Assembly: GCF_006345805.1 (NCBI RefSeq)
Contig: NC_042997.1
Coordinates: forward strand, 113,212,001 to 113,276,000
DNA from: Octopus sinensis
Taxonomy: Eukaryota
Direction of reading: 5' to 3'
DNA length: 64,000 nucleotides
The translations under genes were made by a program, and so were the position numbers. The notes below the pieces were generated by a model that was not told where the DNA came from, ran no database searches, and was given only the letters and a program-made list of their open reading frames with translations. Shown in pieces: positions 25,530-36,720 of the stretch; positions within the stretch are counted from its first letter, which is position 1, and every line of letters begins with the position of its first letter.

Positions 25530-25860
25530 AACGTGACAGTCCCGTAAAGGGAATTACACCACTGCTATATAGCCCTAGGAAGCATCGATGCTTCCTGTCA
25601 GCTTTGACACATTTCCTGTGTCTTTATATTTGCGAAGGGGAGGCAATCACCCCCACCAGTTAGGCTTGCTACCCTGGACTGATGACGGGCAAGACCCAGA
25701 AACATGCATGTCTTCAGGTGCTAATCCTAGCTGGTGGAGGTGCTTACCTCCCCTTCACAAATATAAGGACACAGGAAATGTGTCAAAGCCAATAGGAAGC
25801 GTTGATGCTTCCTAGGGCTATATAGCAGTGGTGTAATTCCATTTACAGGACTGTCACGTT
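25530..25860. mobile_element. 331 bp palindromic element with a central hammerhead-like motif
   Basis: About 130 bp inverted arms (AACGTGACAGTCC ... GGACTGTCACGTT) around the loop region 25673-25718. Confidence 0.8.
25673..25718 (+). ncRNA. Minimal type I hammerhead ribozyme-like motif
   Basis: CCUGGA-CUGAUGA-CGGG-CAAGA-CCCA-GAAAC-AUGCAU-GUC^-UUCAGG: stem I CCUGGA/UUCAGG, intact core, palindromic stem III ACAUGCAUGU, GUC site at 25710-25712; C.A mismatch at the base of stem II. Confidence 0.65.
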
Positions 25861-25899
25861 GGTTATAATTTTAATCTTGTAAATCTTTTCAGTACTTAC

Positions 25900-26058
25900 T
25901 ATCCGCATCAAATGCTTCAAAGGTAAATCTCTCTTCATCGAAATCAATTGTTCCGCTGTCGTCGATATCCTCAGATGCAAATGCGATCTTTATTATTTGG
26001 GGTTGAACCAAACCCTTCCAACGAGCGGTATATTCCTCTTTACTTACTAGACCATCAG
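25900..26058 (-). CDS. EF-hand protein exon 4 (end of EF2, EF3, start of EF4)
   Basis: Acceptor tttgtcattatag, donor A|gtaagt, 159 bp, phase 1 to 1; reads (T)DGLVSKEEYTARWKGLVQPQIIKIAFASEDIDDSGTIDFDEERFTFEAFDAD with canonical loop DIDDSGTIDFDE. Confidence 0.92.
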
Positions 26059-27223
26059 CTATAATGACAAATACAGTAAATCAAAAAACATTATTCCAGA
26101 ATGTCGAATGAGATTTTAGTTATTTCCTAATGAGAACAGGTGGGATTATAGTTGCTGGTGGGGGGGGGGGCATAGTAACAGCCATGGGGATAGGCAAAAA
26201 GAAAAAGTCATCATTGGCTAAAAATTATTATATTTGTCAAGAAGCTTGCTTCCCATTCATGTGGCCTCAGGTTCAATCCCATTATGCAGCACCTTGGCCA
26301 AGTATCTTCTGTAGTCACATGCCAACCAAAGATTCACGAGTGGATTTGGTAGACAGAAACTGAAAGAAGACTATTACACACATGTACATGCACGCACGCA
26401 TGCACACTCACACACACATTGTAAGAGGAGGGTCCCAACTGCCATATTTTTCTAAGTCTTGTGTAATATTCTCAGATCACTAAGGCAGAAAGCTGGCAGA
26501 AATGTGGCGAAATGCTTAGCGGTATTTCATCCATCTTTACATTCTGAGTTCAAATTCTGCTGAGGTTGACTTTGCCTTTCATCCTTTTGGGGTTGATAAA
26601 TTAATTACCAGTTGCATACTGTGGTTAATCTAATCGACTGCCCCCCCCCCCCCAAATTTTGGGCCTTGTGTCTAGAGTAGAAAAGAATATTCTCAGGTCA
26701 CTCTATTTTTATTCACTCTATCTTTATTCATATACACAGTAATGTGTATGTATGTTTGTTTATAAGTAAGTATGTAGGAATGTATGAATATATATATATA
26801 TATGCACAAGTACAAACTTGTAACCAGTTCGCATATGCTGGAGGCATATTCAAGCCCAGAAGAAAGCCATTCATTATATTTTGCCATAGAGAATAATTCT
26901 AATCAGTATTGTAAGTATGTATGCCATTATTCAGTTTATTTCAAGATTTCTTGCCAATAGAGAAAGAGCTGGTTTCTAACCTAGATCCAAGGTTCCTTCA
27001 CTAGGATTTCAAAATCAACAACAGGGTATTTTTGTTTGTATGTATGTATGTATGTATGTATGTATGTATGTATGTATGTATGTATGTATGCATGTATGTA
27101 TGTATGTATGTATGTATGTATGTATGTATGCATGTATGTATGTTTATGTGCAGATTTCTATGTTTTGTTTTATATATGCATTCTCATGCATATAGTTGCA
27201 TATCTAGACATGCTCATATATAT

Positions 27224-27560
27224 TTAAATGATAAACTTCTGGAAAGTTTTACAGATTCTTACAGTTCCAGTGATGGATTGGATTTGTAGTCTTCGAATTA
27301 GCTTTCTACTTTCTGATTTTGAGAAGCCTAATTTCTCAATATTGGTATTTAGGCAGTGTGTTACATTTTCCAGGGCCCCATTAATTACAGGTATAAACCT
27401 GGACTTATAATCTGGATAGAGTAACTGCAGATTTCTCAATAGTTCGGCATAGGTATTCTCTTTTTCACTGATGTTCAGCTTTATGTTAACATCCCATGGG
27501 CAGCTAATTTCCATGCATACAAGCTTAGTATGATATACATAACTGGTCAGTGACTCCTCT
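27224..27560 (-). mobile_element. Dong/R4- or NeSL-like restriction-like endonuclease fragment
   Basis: MEISCPWDVNIKLNISEKENTYAELLRNL...FIPVINGALENV...LQIQSITGTVRICKTF. Confidence 0.75.
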
Positions 27561-28443
27561 GTGATGGTCAACAATCGACAACAAGGTGAGCTGCCACAGA
27601 TCACACTATCCCAAAGACTTGCGATCGGGGACCCCACTTGAACTTATATTTTCACTGAAATTCCGAACAGGAGTTCTTCACCCGAATAATGAACGACTGC
27701 TATGGCCACAGTGTCTATGCTATCGAATGAGCTTGTTCTCCCTGTGGGGGCATTTGTCAAACTTGCAAAGCTGGATAGTTGAGCTGCAAGCAGAAGCATT
27801 ATTTTTACCTGTTGGAGTGTTTGGGCTGACAACTGGATGTGGCCATCATTTGTGAAGTATGTGATGAACTCATTGAATGGAACTAGCTCAACCCACCCCA
27901 GGTGAATGCCATCACATGTATAAGTAAGTATATACATCTGCAGGTAGATAGATAAGTGGGTAGATAGCAAAACTAGGCACCAAACTGTTAATCCATTTAA
28001 TCCATTAATCATTAATTAACAAAGTTAACACTTTCATTAACAATTTAACTTTTAAGTTAACTTTGGAAATCATTATCAAACTATTTAGCTTCCATTAATT
28101 CAAGTCAACTTGAGTTAACTTCCATTAACTTCAATCCAATTGAAGTCAAGGGATTTTATATTTTTGGCACTTTTTAAAGGTGTTTTTAGGTGGTTCTAGA
28201 GCAAAAACTTTTTTTTTCTATAATAAAAATTAATGTTAATGGTTTATCAATAACTTCCGTTATATTTTTAAAGAATTAACTAATTAACGGTCATCAAAGT
28301 TAACTTTTTGGCTAATGGATTAACAGTTAACAAAGTTAACTTTGGAATTAGCAGTGCCCACCTTTGGTAGATAGGTAAGTGGGTAAGTAGGTAGATAGAA
28401 GGTTGGTATGGCAGTTATTAATTAGATTGGTTTTTGCACTTAC

Positions 28444-28583
28444 TGTTTTTATCAATTGCCTGGTGGAAATCTTCAACTTCTTTGTAAGTGATTTTGCCAT
28501 CATGGTTTAGATCTTTGCCTCTGAATTGTATTAATTTCTCTTCACTTGTAAGCTTTTCGGCAGCATAACCAATAGCACACCAA
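28444..28583 (-). CDS. EF-hand protein exon 3 (end of signal peptide, EF1, start of EF2)
   Basis: Acceptor ttttattccattag, donor A|gtaagt, 140 bp, phase 2 to 1; reads WCAIGYAAEKLTSEEKLIQFRGKDLNHDGKITYKEVEDFHQAIDKN with canonical loop DLNHDGKITYKE; joins exon 4 in frame to give DKNTDGLVSKEE. Confidence 0.9.
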
Positions 28584-28729
28584 CTAATGGAATAAAATTT
28601 ACAAAATTAAATTTTTGCACAATTATAATTTTAATTACAACTAGGTGCTACCTGTCATATAACTTTGAGAATATGCTTTTGCTGTCATGGGTGATATCAA
28701 AAAATATGGCATACATACAATTTTTTTTA

Positions 28730-29120
28730 TTTATTTGTTTCAGTCATTTGACTGCAGCCATGCTGGAGCACCGCCCTTAGTTGAGCAAATCAACCCTAGG
28801 ACTTATTCTTCGTAAGCCTGGTACTTATTCTATTAGTCTCTTTTGCCGAACTGTTAAGTTACAGTGACGTAAATACACCAGCATCGGTTGTCAAGAAATG
28901 TTGGGGGGACAAACACAGATAGACAGACACACATACACACTCAAACACACACACACATATACGATGGGCTCCTTTCAGTTCCGTCTAACAAATCCCCTCA
29001 CAAGGCTTTGGTCGGCCCAAGGCTATAGTAGAGGACACTTGCCCAAGATGCCAAACAGTGGGATTGAACCTGGAACCATGTGGTTGGTAAGCAAGCTACT
29101 TACCACACAGCCACTCTTCC
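28730..29120 (-). mobile_element. tRNA-derived SINE, family A (full length)
   Basis: Reverse complement of the family A consensus. Confidence 0.85.
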
Positions 29121-29134
29121 GCCTATAATATTTA

Positions 29135-29530
29135 TGGCGGCGAGCTGGCAAAAACATTAGCATACCTGGCAAAATGCTTAGCGGTATTTCGTCTGCTATT
29201 ATGTTCTGAGTTCAAATTCCACCGAGGTCAACTTTGCCTTTCATCCTTTCGGGGTCGATAAATAAAGTATCAGTTTCGCACTGGGGTCAATGTAATCGAC
29301 TTAATCTGTTTGTCTGTCCTTGTTTGTTCCCTCTGTGTTTAGCCCCTTGTGGGTAGTAAAGAAATAGGTATTTCATCTGCCATTATGTTCTGAGTTCAAA
29401 TTCCACCGAGGTTGACTTTGCCTTCCATCCTTTCGGGGGTCAATAAATTAAGTACCAGTTGCATACTGGGTTTGATCTAATCGACTGGCTTCTTCCCACA
29501 AAATTTTGGGCCTTGTGCCTAGAGTAGAAA
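29135..29530 (+). mobile_element. Family B SINE with a tandem partial duplication
   Basis: GGCGGCGAGCTGGCAAAAACATTAGC...GAGTTCAAATTCCACCGAGG; the internal block repeats at about 29370-29460. Confidence 0.8.
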
Positions 29531-29559
29531 TAGAAATGAATATTTATGATTTATCATCA

Positions 29560-32500
29560 ACATCAAATTCCCTGTTCTTGGGGTTACATTCTAGATGCTT
29601 CTGACTCAGTTGATGCTATAAGTTTCTGTTTTCTGTTATGCATAGCTGGGTTGTGGTGTTGTGACCTGTCCAGTCCTTGATGTGGTCAGACCTGGATTTT
29701 CTTTGCCCACCATTTTTACACCTTCCTTTACCTGTACCTTAATGGATGGTTTTAGACAAAGTGATATGTGGCAAGATATGTGACCATACCAGGAGGCAAG
29801 CTTTTGTCTTTTTACCTCTGCAAGGAGTGGTTCCTGTCTGCCAGGGAGGAATTACAACCGTGTTTCATGGTCTGCTACCACAACAGCTCCTTTATAGGAT
29901 CCAGTTAGCTCAAGACATCATCAGGAGGAACCACGTCCGGTTTCGGCCCCTACTCCCCTACCGTTTTGACATGGCGGGGCCCCTCCTTTCGGAGGTGTCT
30001 TCAGCTCTGGTGATGGGTACATGTCTTCTTCCTTCTTCTTTCTTCTGTTCCCTAGCCTCTTTGGTGTAGCGTCAATGAGTGTCAGCCGGCGACTGACTGA
30101 CTTGTCAAATTTTTCCCCTTTAAATACCTGCCACTAGGCTCCAGCAGGCAGCCCCAGCAAGTTGTCATGTGACACTGTCTCAGTGTCTGCCAGTGTATTT
30201 GTTAACTTGCTGCCTGACAAAGCTGTTCATTTTGTGCTTTGTGTATGGGATGTGTAGCAGCACCTTCTGAAGCACTTGTGCTTAAATGCCTGGATTCTTT
30301 GCTTCATGTCAGCTGTAAAAGTCCAGCTCTCACACCCACACAGAACAATTAAAGTCACTAAGGACTCGTACACCTTGAGTCTTGGAAAACTAATGAATTG
30401 GCTTTTCCATATGGTGTTCATCTCTATCATGGCAGCAGAAACCAAACTAGTCTTGTGATCTTCTTTTTGAGATCTGCTGTCCTTGGTGAAAGTGGATCCT
30501 AAGTACTTAAAGGTGTCTACTTTATCAAGTCTCTCTGTTCAGCCATGATGTTGCTTGCTGTGTTCTACTTGTTACTATTAACCAAGATCTTGCTCTTTTC
30601 TGGGCTGATCTCCATCCCATTTGATTCTGATACTTTATCAGTCTGATTGATGAACTCCTGTTGTTCTTCTTCATTGTTTCCAAGCAAGCCAATATCACCA
30701 TCAAAGCACAGGTAGGAAATGGGTTGCCCTCCTCTGGAAACAGAGGGGTAGAAGTCTTGGATTTTTTTCCCTGCAGGATGTTGAAAAGCACTGGGGAGAA
30801 GAGACATCCTTGTTGAACACCTACTTTTGACCTGAAGAATTCTCTGATGTTGTTGTTCAGGGGAACTACACTGTTTGAGTTTTCATACAGTGCATATCTG
30901 AGTGTGATTGTTGCCAGGGTCATGGATTGGCTCATGTGCCGGTGACACATGGAAAGCACCATTCGAGTGTGATCATTGCCAGTGTCACCTTATCGGCACA
31001 TGAAAAACAACATTCGAGCATGGTCGATGACAGTGCCACCAGACTGGCTCCCGTGCAGGTAGCACGTAAGAAGACGTCTTGAGCGTGGTCACTGCCAGAA
31101 CCGCCTGACTGGCCCTTGTGCCAGTGGAACGTAAAGGCACCCACTACACTCTCAGAGTGGTTGGCATTAGGAAGGGCATCCAGCTGTAGAAGCTTTCCCA
31201 GATCAGATTGAGCCTGGTGCAGCCTCTGGCTCACCAGTCCTCAGTCAAACTGTCCAACCCATGCCAGCATGGAAAGTGGACGTTAAACGATGAATGATGA
31301 TGCTTATATTACTTTGAGTAGGTTGTTTTTGCAGCTGTAATTCTTCATCATCTGCCACCACCTGCAGTCAAAGACCTTTTTGAAGTCGACGAAGTTGTGA
31401 CAGAGGCCAGGTTGGTACTACAAATGTTTCTCAGTGAGCAGTCTGGCATTTAAATACCTGCTCCCATAGTACTCCTTTTGGGCCTAAATCCTTCCTTTTC
31501 ACCTGCAAAGATTTCTTCAGCCTTCCCCTTAAATCTGCTTAGCAGAGCTCTTAGTAATGCTTTGCTGGGGTGGTTAATTAGGATGATTGTTCTGTAGTTC
31601 TGTGAGAGTCTTCAGCTGCCTTTCTTCAGAATGAGCATCATCAGTAATTGGGTCCACTTATTTGGTCACTGCTTCGTCTCCTATATCTTCTGACAAGTAT
31701 CTGTTAATGTCTTGATAAACTTTGGCCCTCTGTGATTTGGGTGCTCTGACAGGATCTTCTCCACTACTGGGGATTTCCCACCTTTGAGCTGGCACACTAC
31801 CTCTTTGACTTCTTCCCTGCGAATTGGAGCATCCCCAAGTTCTCTGTTGTTGTTGGTGGTGGTGGTGGTGTTGGTGGTGTTGGAATTGTCCAGGATGTTG
31901 ATAGCATGTCTAATTTCGTGATTGTACAGATCTTTGCAATTCTTAGATCGTCTTTTAATGACATCATTCTCATCTGCAAGGAACCAGCCTGTTTTGTCCT
32001 CAATATAGAGGTGGTGTGTTTCTTTGTTTTTGTTGGGATTTTGAGGGTTTCATAATGACCTTGTGGTTACCTTTCTTTATTCAAACTTTGATGATTTTGC
32101 ACTGGTCTGCTACCGATTTTTCTTTGGTTTCCCTCATTTTCTTGTTAACCTTTCTATTCACTGCATTGTATTGCTGACTTATTCCTAACCCGTCAGCATG
32201 GTTTACCTCAGGTTTTATCTTAAGTCACATAGGTCCAAGATGGCATCACTAATTCCATGGTTTCCTTTTTTCTTCTTCTCCTCTGCACTTTCAGAGCCAT
32301 TTTTTGAAGTGCTCCCTTGATGTCAGTCAGGGAGTTTATATCATCTTCCAGAAGGTTGAGGGCTGCAAACCTGTCACCCACTTTCACCTCAAACACTGTT
32401 GCAACCCTGGGATCTTTCAGTTTGTCTGCACCAAACCAAACACATGTGGCTCTTTTCTTATAGATCCTTTTCAGTTTAGGCCTCATGTTGATATTCACAT

Positions 32501-33115
32501 CAGGAAAATTCCAGTCCTAGCTTTGTTGACACTGGACTTGAACTTTTGAGATATGAGGATGAAGTCAGTTTAGTTGAATCCTGCTACTGGGTGCATGTCA
32601 TATTGTTCTGTATGGGATCTTGTGCAGAATCAGTGTGTTGGGTTGCATCAGCCTTTGAGGGCCAGCAAATTCTAGAAGCTGCAGTCCAAGATCATTGGTT
32701 TTTCCAGTCATGAGTCATCCCAGTATCCTGGGATGATTCAGAACCATCCAGTTTTCTAAGATGATGATGAGTTGCCTAGGTGATTTTCTCCAGGTCTTCA
32801 CAGAATTCTTCAATGGCATCCTCATCATATTCAAGCATTGGTGCATAGACTTGTTTGATGGTAATATTCTGTGGTTTTGCAGCCACATGTATGGTGATGA
32901 GCTTGCTGGATACTGGTGTACAGCTAAGACTGAGCTTACTCTGGTTTCGCTAATGATGAAGCCCACTCCATGTTCATGTTTGATGTCATCTCCACTATAC
33001 CACAGTCCATTACATTTGTTTGTTGTTTTGCCAAATCCAATCCACCTGACTTTAGCCAGCCCTAGGATATCCTTGGTGCACCTGTCAAGCTCATGTGTAA
33101 ATTACTTCTTCCTTC
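29560..33115 (-). mobile_element. Decayed RTE-clade LINE (endonuclease and reverse transcriptase relics), interrupted by an RTE-tail insertion at about 30925-31295
   Basis: HNFVDFKKVFD, FFRSKVGVQQGCLFSPVLFNI, FKYLGS, LCGCESWTFTADMKQRIQAF; endonuclease QVYAP-like region near 32850-32920; many stops. Confidence 0.85.
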
Positions 33116-33454
33116 TAGAAGCATATAAATTGGTAGACGGAAACTGAAAGAAGCCTGTTGTATATATATATATATATGTGTGTGTGTTTGGGTCTGTGTT
33201 TGTCCCTCTAACATCGCTTGACAACCGATGCTGATGTGTTTATGTCTCCGTAACTTAGCGATTTAGCAATAGAGGCTGATAAAATAAGTACTAGGCTTAC
33301 AAAGAATAAGTCCTGGGGTCGATTTGCTCGACTAAAGGTGGTGCTCCAGCATGGCCACAGTCAAATGACTGAAACAAATAAAAGAATTTATTATATTATA
33401 AATGCAAAACAACACCACAGAGGAATCGACATAAGCTTAAATAATAAACCATGA

Positions 33455-33556
33455 GAGGTGAACCGCACCAGCGGAACCATGATAGGTGAACTGCAATGGA
33501 TGAACCGTGATAGGTGAACAGTGATAGGTGAACCACAATAGGTGAACCACGATATG
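33455..33556. repeat. Short minisatellite, about six degenerate GATAGGTGAACC units
   Basis: Seen directly in the sequence. Confidence 0.75.
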
Positions 33557-34355
33557 ACAAGGGATTACTGCACATTGATCTTCTCTTCCCAGTAAATTAG
33601 CAGTGAACAGAACAATCGTTTGTTTTCTGGGCCTTGGCCAGTTTAGCGTATAGTGTTTTGACTGTGTCTATTATGGCATTTCAGTGGACCTTAGAAATGC
33701 TTGGTAGAGCCCATCTCCCCTCCAAGTATTCAGTTCCTTATTAAGTTTAGCCTACCAGTGGAAGCAGTTACCAGGGTATGGCTGAGAATGGTCTTGGAGC
33801 CACAAGTGAGAGTCAGGTGAGAACCAGTGTACCCATCCATTTCTTTACTACCCACAAGGGGCTAAACACAGAGAGGACAAACAAGGACAGACAAACGGAT
33901 TAAGTCGATTATATCGACCCCAGTGTGTAACTGGTACTTAATTTATCGACCCTGAAAGAATGAAAGGCAAAGTCGACCTCAGCAGAATTTGAACTCAGAA
34001 CATAATGGCAGACGAAATACCGCTAGACCTTTCGCCCGGTGTGCTAACGTTTCTGCCAGCTCGCTATGTTGCTGCCCAAAATCAAGGTATTCTCTCTACC
34101 CGAACACCCCGAATGTAATTTAACTTTTGTTAAATTTCTTGGGGCTTATACAAAATAATAAAACTAATATTTATCATCATCATCATCGTCATCATTTAAT
34201 GTCTGTTTTCCATGCTGGCATAGGTTGGACAGTTTGACTAGAACTGGCAAGGCCAGGCGCCATGCCAAACTCCATTTATTTGTTTTGGCATGGTTTTTAC
34301 TGCTGGATGCCCTTCCTAATGACAACCACTTTACAGTGTGTACTGGGTGCTTTTT

Positions 34356-34635
34356 ATATGGCGTAGTGGTTAAGAGCATGAGCTACTAATCCCAAGATTC
34401 CAAGTTCGATTCCAGGTACTGACCTGAATAATAATAATAATAATAACAACAACAACAACAACATTGAAAAATACCTTAGGAATGAGAACCCAGGTTTGAA
34501 ATTTCCCCAAGACATCTGATGAAGGCTGGAGGTTATATCGGCGGAAACGTTGAGTTAACAACAAACAAGATGAGGATAGATATCCATCAACTGTAAATAA
34601 TATACATAATTCCTCATCTCTTAAATATAGAACTG
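34356..34635 (+). mobile_element. tRNA-headed SINE with a hammerhead-like tail
   Basis: A box TGGCGTAGTGG (34359-34369), B box GTTCGATTCC (34404-34413), (AAT)n/(AAC)n linker, then CTGATGA-AGGCTG..CGGCG-GAAACGTT at 34516-34551. Confidence 0.65.
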
Positions 34636-35569
34636 TATCACCAGTGCTTTTTATGTGTCACCAGCACTGACCGGGTCACTAAGTATCTTCTAAGACAAAA
34701 ACCCCTCAACTGGTCTACTGGAAGAGGAGAGTATTGAAGGGTGTGTGGATTTGTGCCAGTTGAGAGATTAAAGGTATAGAGGGGACAGATATAGGTGTCT
34801 TGCTGTAGGGTAGATACATAGATACCCCAGTTAGAAAAAAAAAAAGAAGTGTGAAGTAGATCATAAGACAAAGAGAGCGATAGTGGGAGATATTCATTTT
34901 CAAACTTAGTACTTTGTAAAACAAAGCTCTGATGCACACAGCCATGCTCGCACCGATGAATCCATGCTAGGCCACTGTCCACTGTTTTCTTTGTTAATCC
35001 TTCAACTCCTATGGCATTTGTTTGTACCAAGTTGAGCTGGGATGGCTGCTGAAGTGAGTGCTGCTGGCCATTCTCCACAGCTATGCTTTTCAAACCATGT
35101 TCCACAAGGCACAGCTAAACACACCCTTTGTTATAAGGTCTACAACCCATTAGCCCCTCTCCTACATCTTCTACTGATTAACTCCCCACCCCTTTTCTTT
35201 TTCTCTTTGTTTCCTTGGTGATGCAGACCTGGGTTTGTTTTCTTGATAATTTGGTCTTTTATACTTCCAATGTTATTTTCTTTCTTTTCTTCCTGTAAAA
35301 ATATGTTGTTAATAAAACTTCTATTCCATGTCTTGTTTCATAAAACTGTTTTAGGCCATAGGCCAACATTTTTAGTTGGTAGGAAAAGAAAACTGACTTA
35401 GCTGTGCATTGATACAGGGTTAGCTGTTGGTGGTGTGACATCTACTGCTAATTCACCAATCTACAATCTAACACCCTCTCATTTCCACCAGCTTCAAATT
35501 TCTATGGCAATAACAGAAATATTTCAAGACTTCCATTTCATAGAAATACTGTGTGTAATTATGATGACG

Positions 35570-36071
35570 TCAGTACCACCTGACTGGCTCATGTGCCAGT
35601 GGCATGTAAAAAGTACCATTCGAGAGTAATCAATGCCAGTGCCATCCAACTGGCTCTCGTCCGAGAGTAGTCGATGCCAGTGTCGCCTGACTGGCTCCCA
35701 TGCCAGTGGCACGCAAAAAGCACCATCTGAGAGTAGTCAATGTCAGTGCCATCTGACTGGCTCCCATACCAGTGGCATGTAAAAAGCAACATCTGGGAGT
35801 AGTTGATGCCAGTGCTGCCTGACTGGCTCCCATGCTGGTGGAACATAAAAGCACCATTCAATCATGGTTGTTGCCAGTACCACCTGACTAGCTCCCATGC
35901 ACATAAAAGCACTAACTACATTCTTGGAGTGGTTGGCATTAGGAAGGGCATCCAGCTGTTGAAACTTTGCCAGAACAGAATGGTGCTTGGCACAACCTTC
36001 TGGCTTGCCAGTTCTCAGTCAAACTGTCCAACCCATGACAGCATGGAAAACGGACGTTAAACGACGACGAC

Positions 36072-36102
<31 letters not shown>

Positions 36103-36105
36103 GTC
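35570..36105 (+). mobile_element. RTE 3' UTR-derived repeat with a tandem array of about 57 bp subunits
   Basis: About five CTGACTGGCTCC..TGCCAGTGGCATGTAAAAAGCACC units, then the conserved tail and (GAT)n. Confidence 0.8.
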
Positions 36106-36397
36106 ACTCTTATCAGTTTCAATGAACGAATGTTTGAAAGAGAGGACTTAATGAAAAACGAAACACAAAGGAGTTGCATTTATTTGTGATGGACGTGTGA
36201 ATTCAATTTCGGTCAAGGGATGGATTTTGCTATGAAGTCACAATGGGGACATTGATGACTGTGTAATTATATTAGTTATTATTAATTACAATAATTATCG
36301 TAATTCATATGAATCCTTGCAAAAGAAAAAAGGAAACATTAATGAAGTTAAAGTTTTCTTAGAAATTTCACTCATTCAACGACCAATTAGCAATTTG

Positions 36398-36720
36398 TTA
36401 TGAACCACTGACGATATGCTGAATAGAATCATCCTCGTTGTTATTGTCATCGTCCATCATAATGGTCGTCATCACCAACTCATTGTCATTGTTGTCTTCA
36501 TCATCATAGTCATCATCATCATCATCATGAATATCTGTCATTGTTGCCATCATCATCATCATTGTCACAATTTTCAACATCATCATCTTCAGCATCATTG
36601 CCGTCATCCTCCTCCTCCTCATCATCATCATCATCATTTGTCATCACTGCCACCACCAACTTCGCCATCATCATCATCAACATCATCATCATCATCATCA
36701 TCATCACAATCTTCTTTTTT
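36398..36720. repeat. (CAT)n-rich low-complexity tract
   Basis: Degenerate trinucleotide repeat; accounts for the poly-H/S/D/M ORFs. Confidence 0.9.

Noticed and set aside
28650-28690. Nearby ATG exon (MTAKAYSQSYMT G|gtagc) as the gene start
   Set aside because: Phase 1 does not match the phase-2 exon 3, the intron would be very short, and the peptide is not hydrophobic.
35570-35900. Repeat-spacer-like array resembling CRISPR
   Set aside because: The 'spacers' are homologous to each other, the array is part of an RTE 3' UTR, the context is eukaryotic and there are no cas genes.
36175-36345. Strong minus-strand acceptor plus AATAAA suggesting the last exon of a paralog
   Set aside because: No paralogous EF-hand exons were found upstream of it; it is probably intronic.
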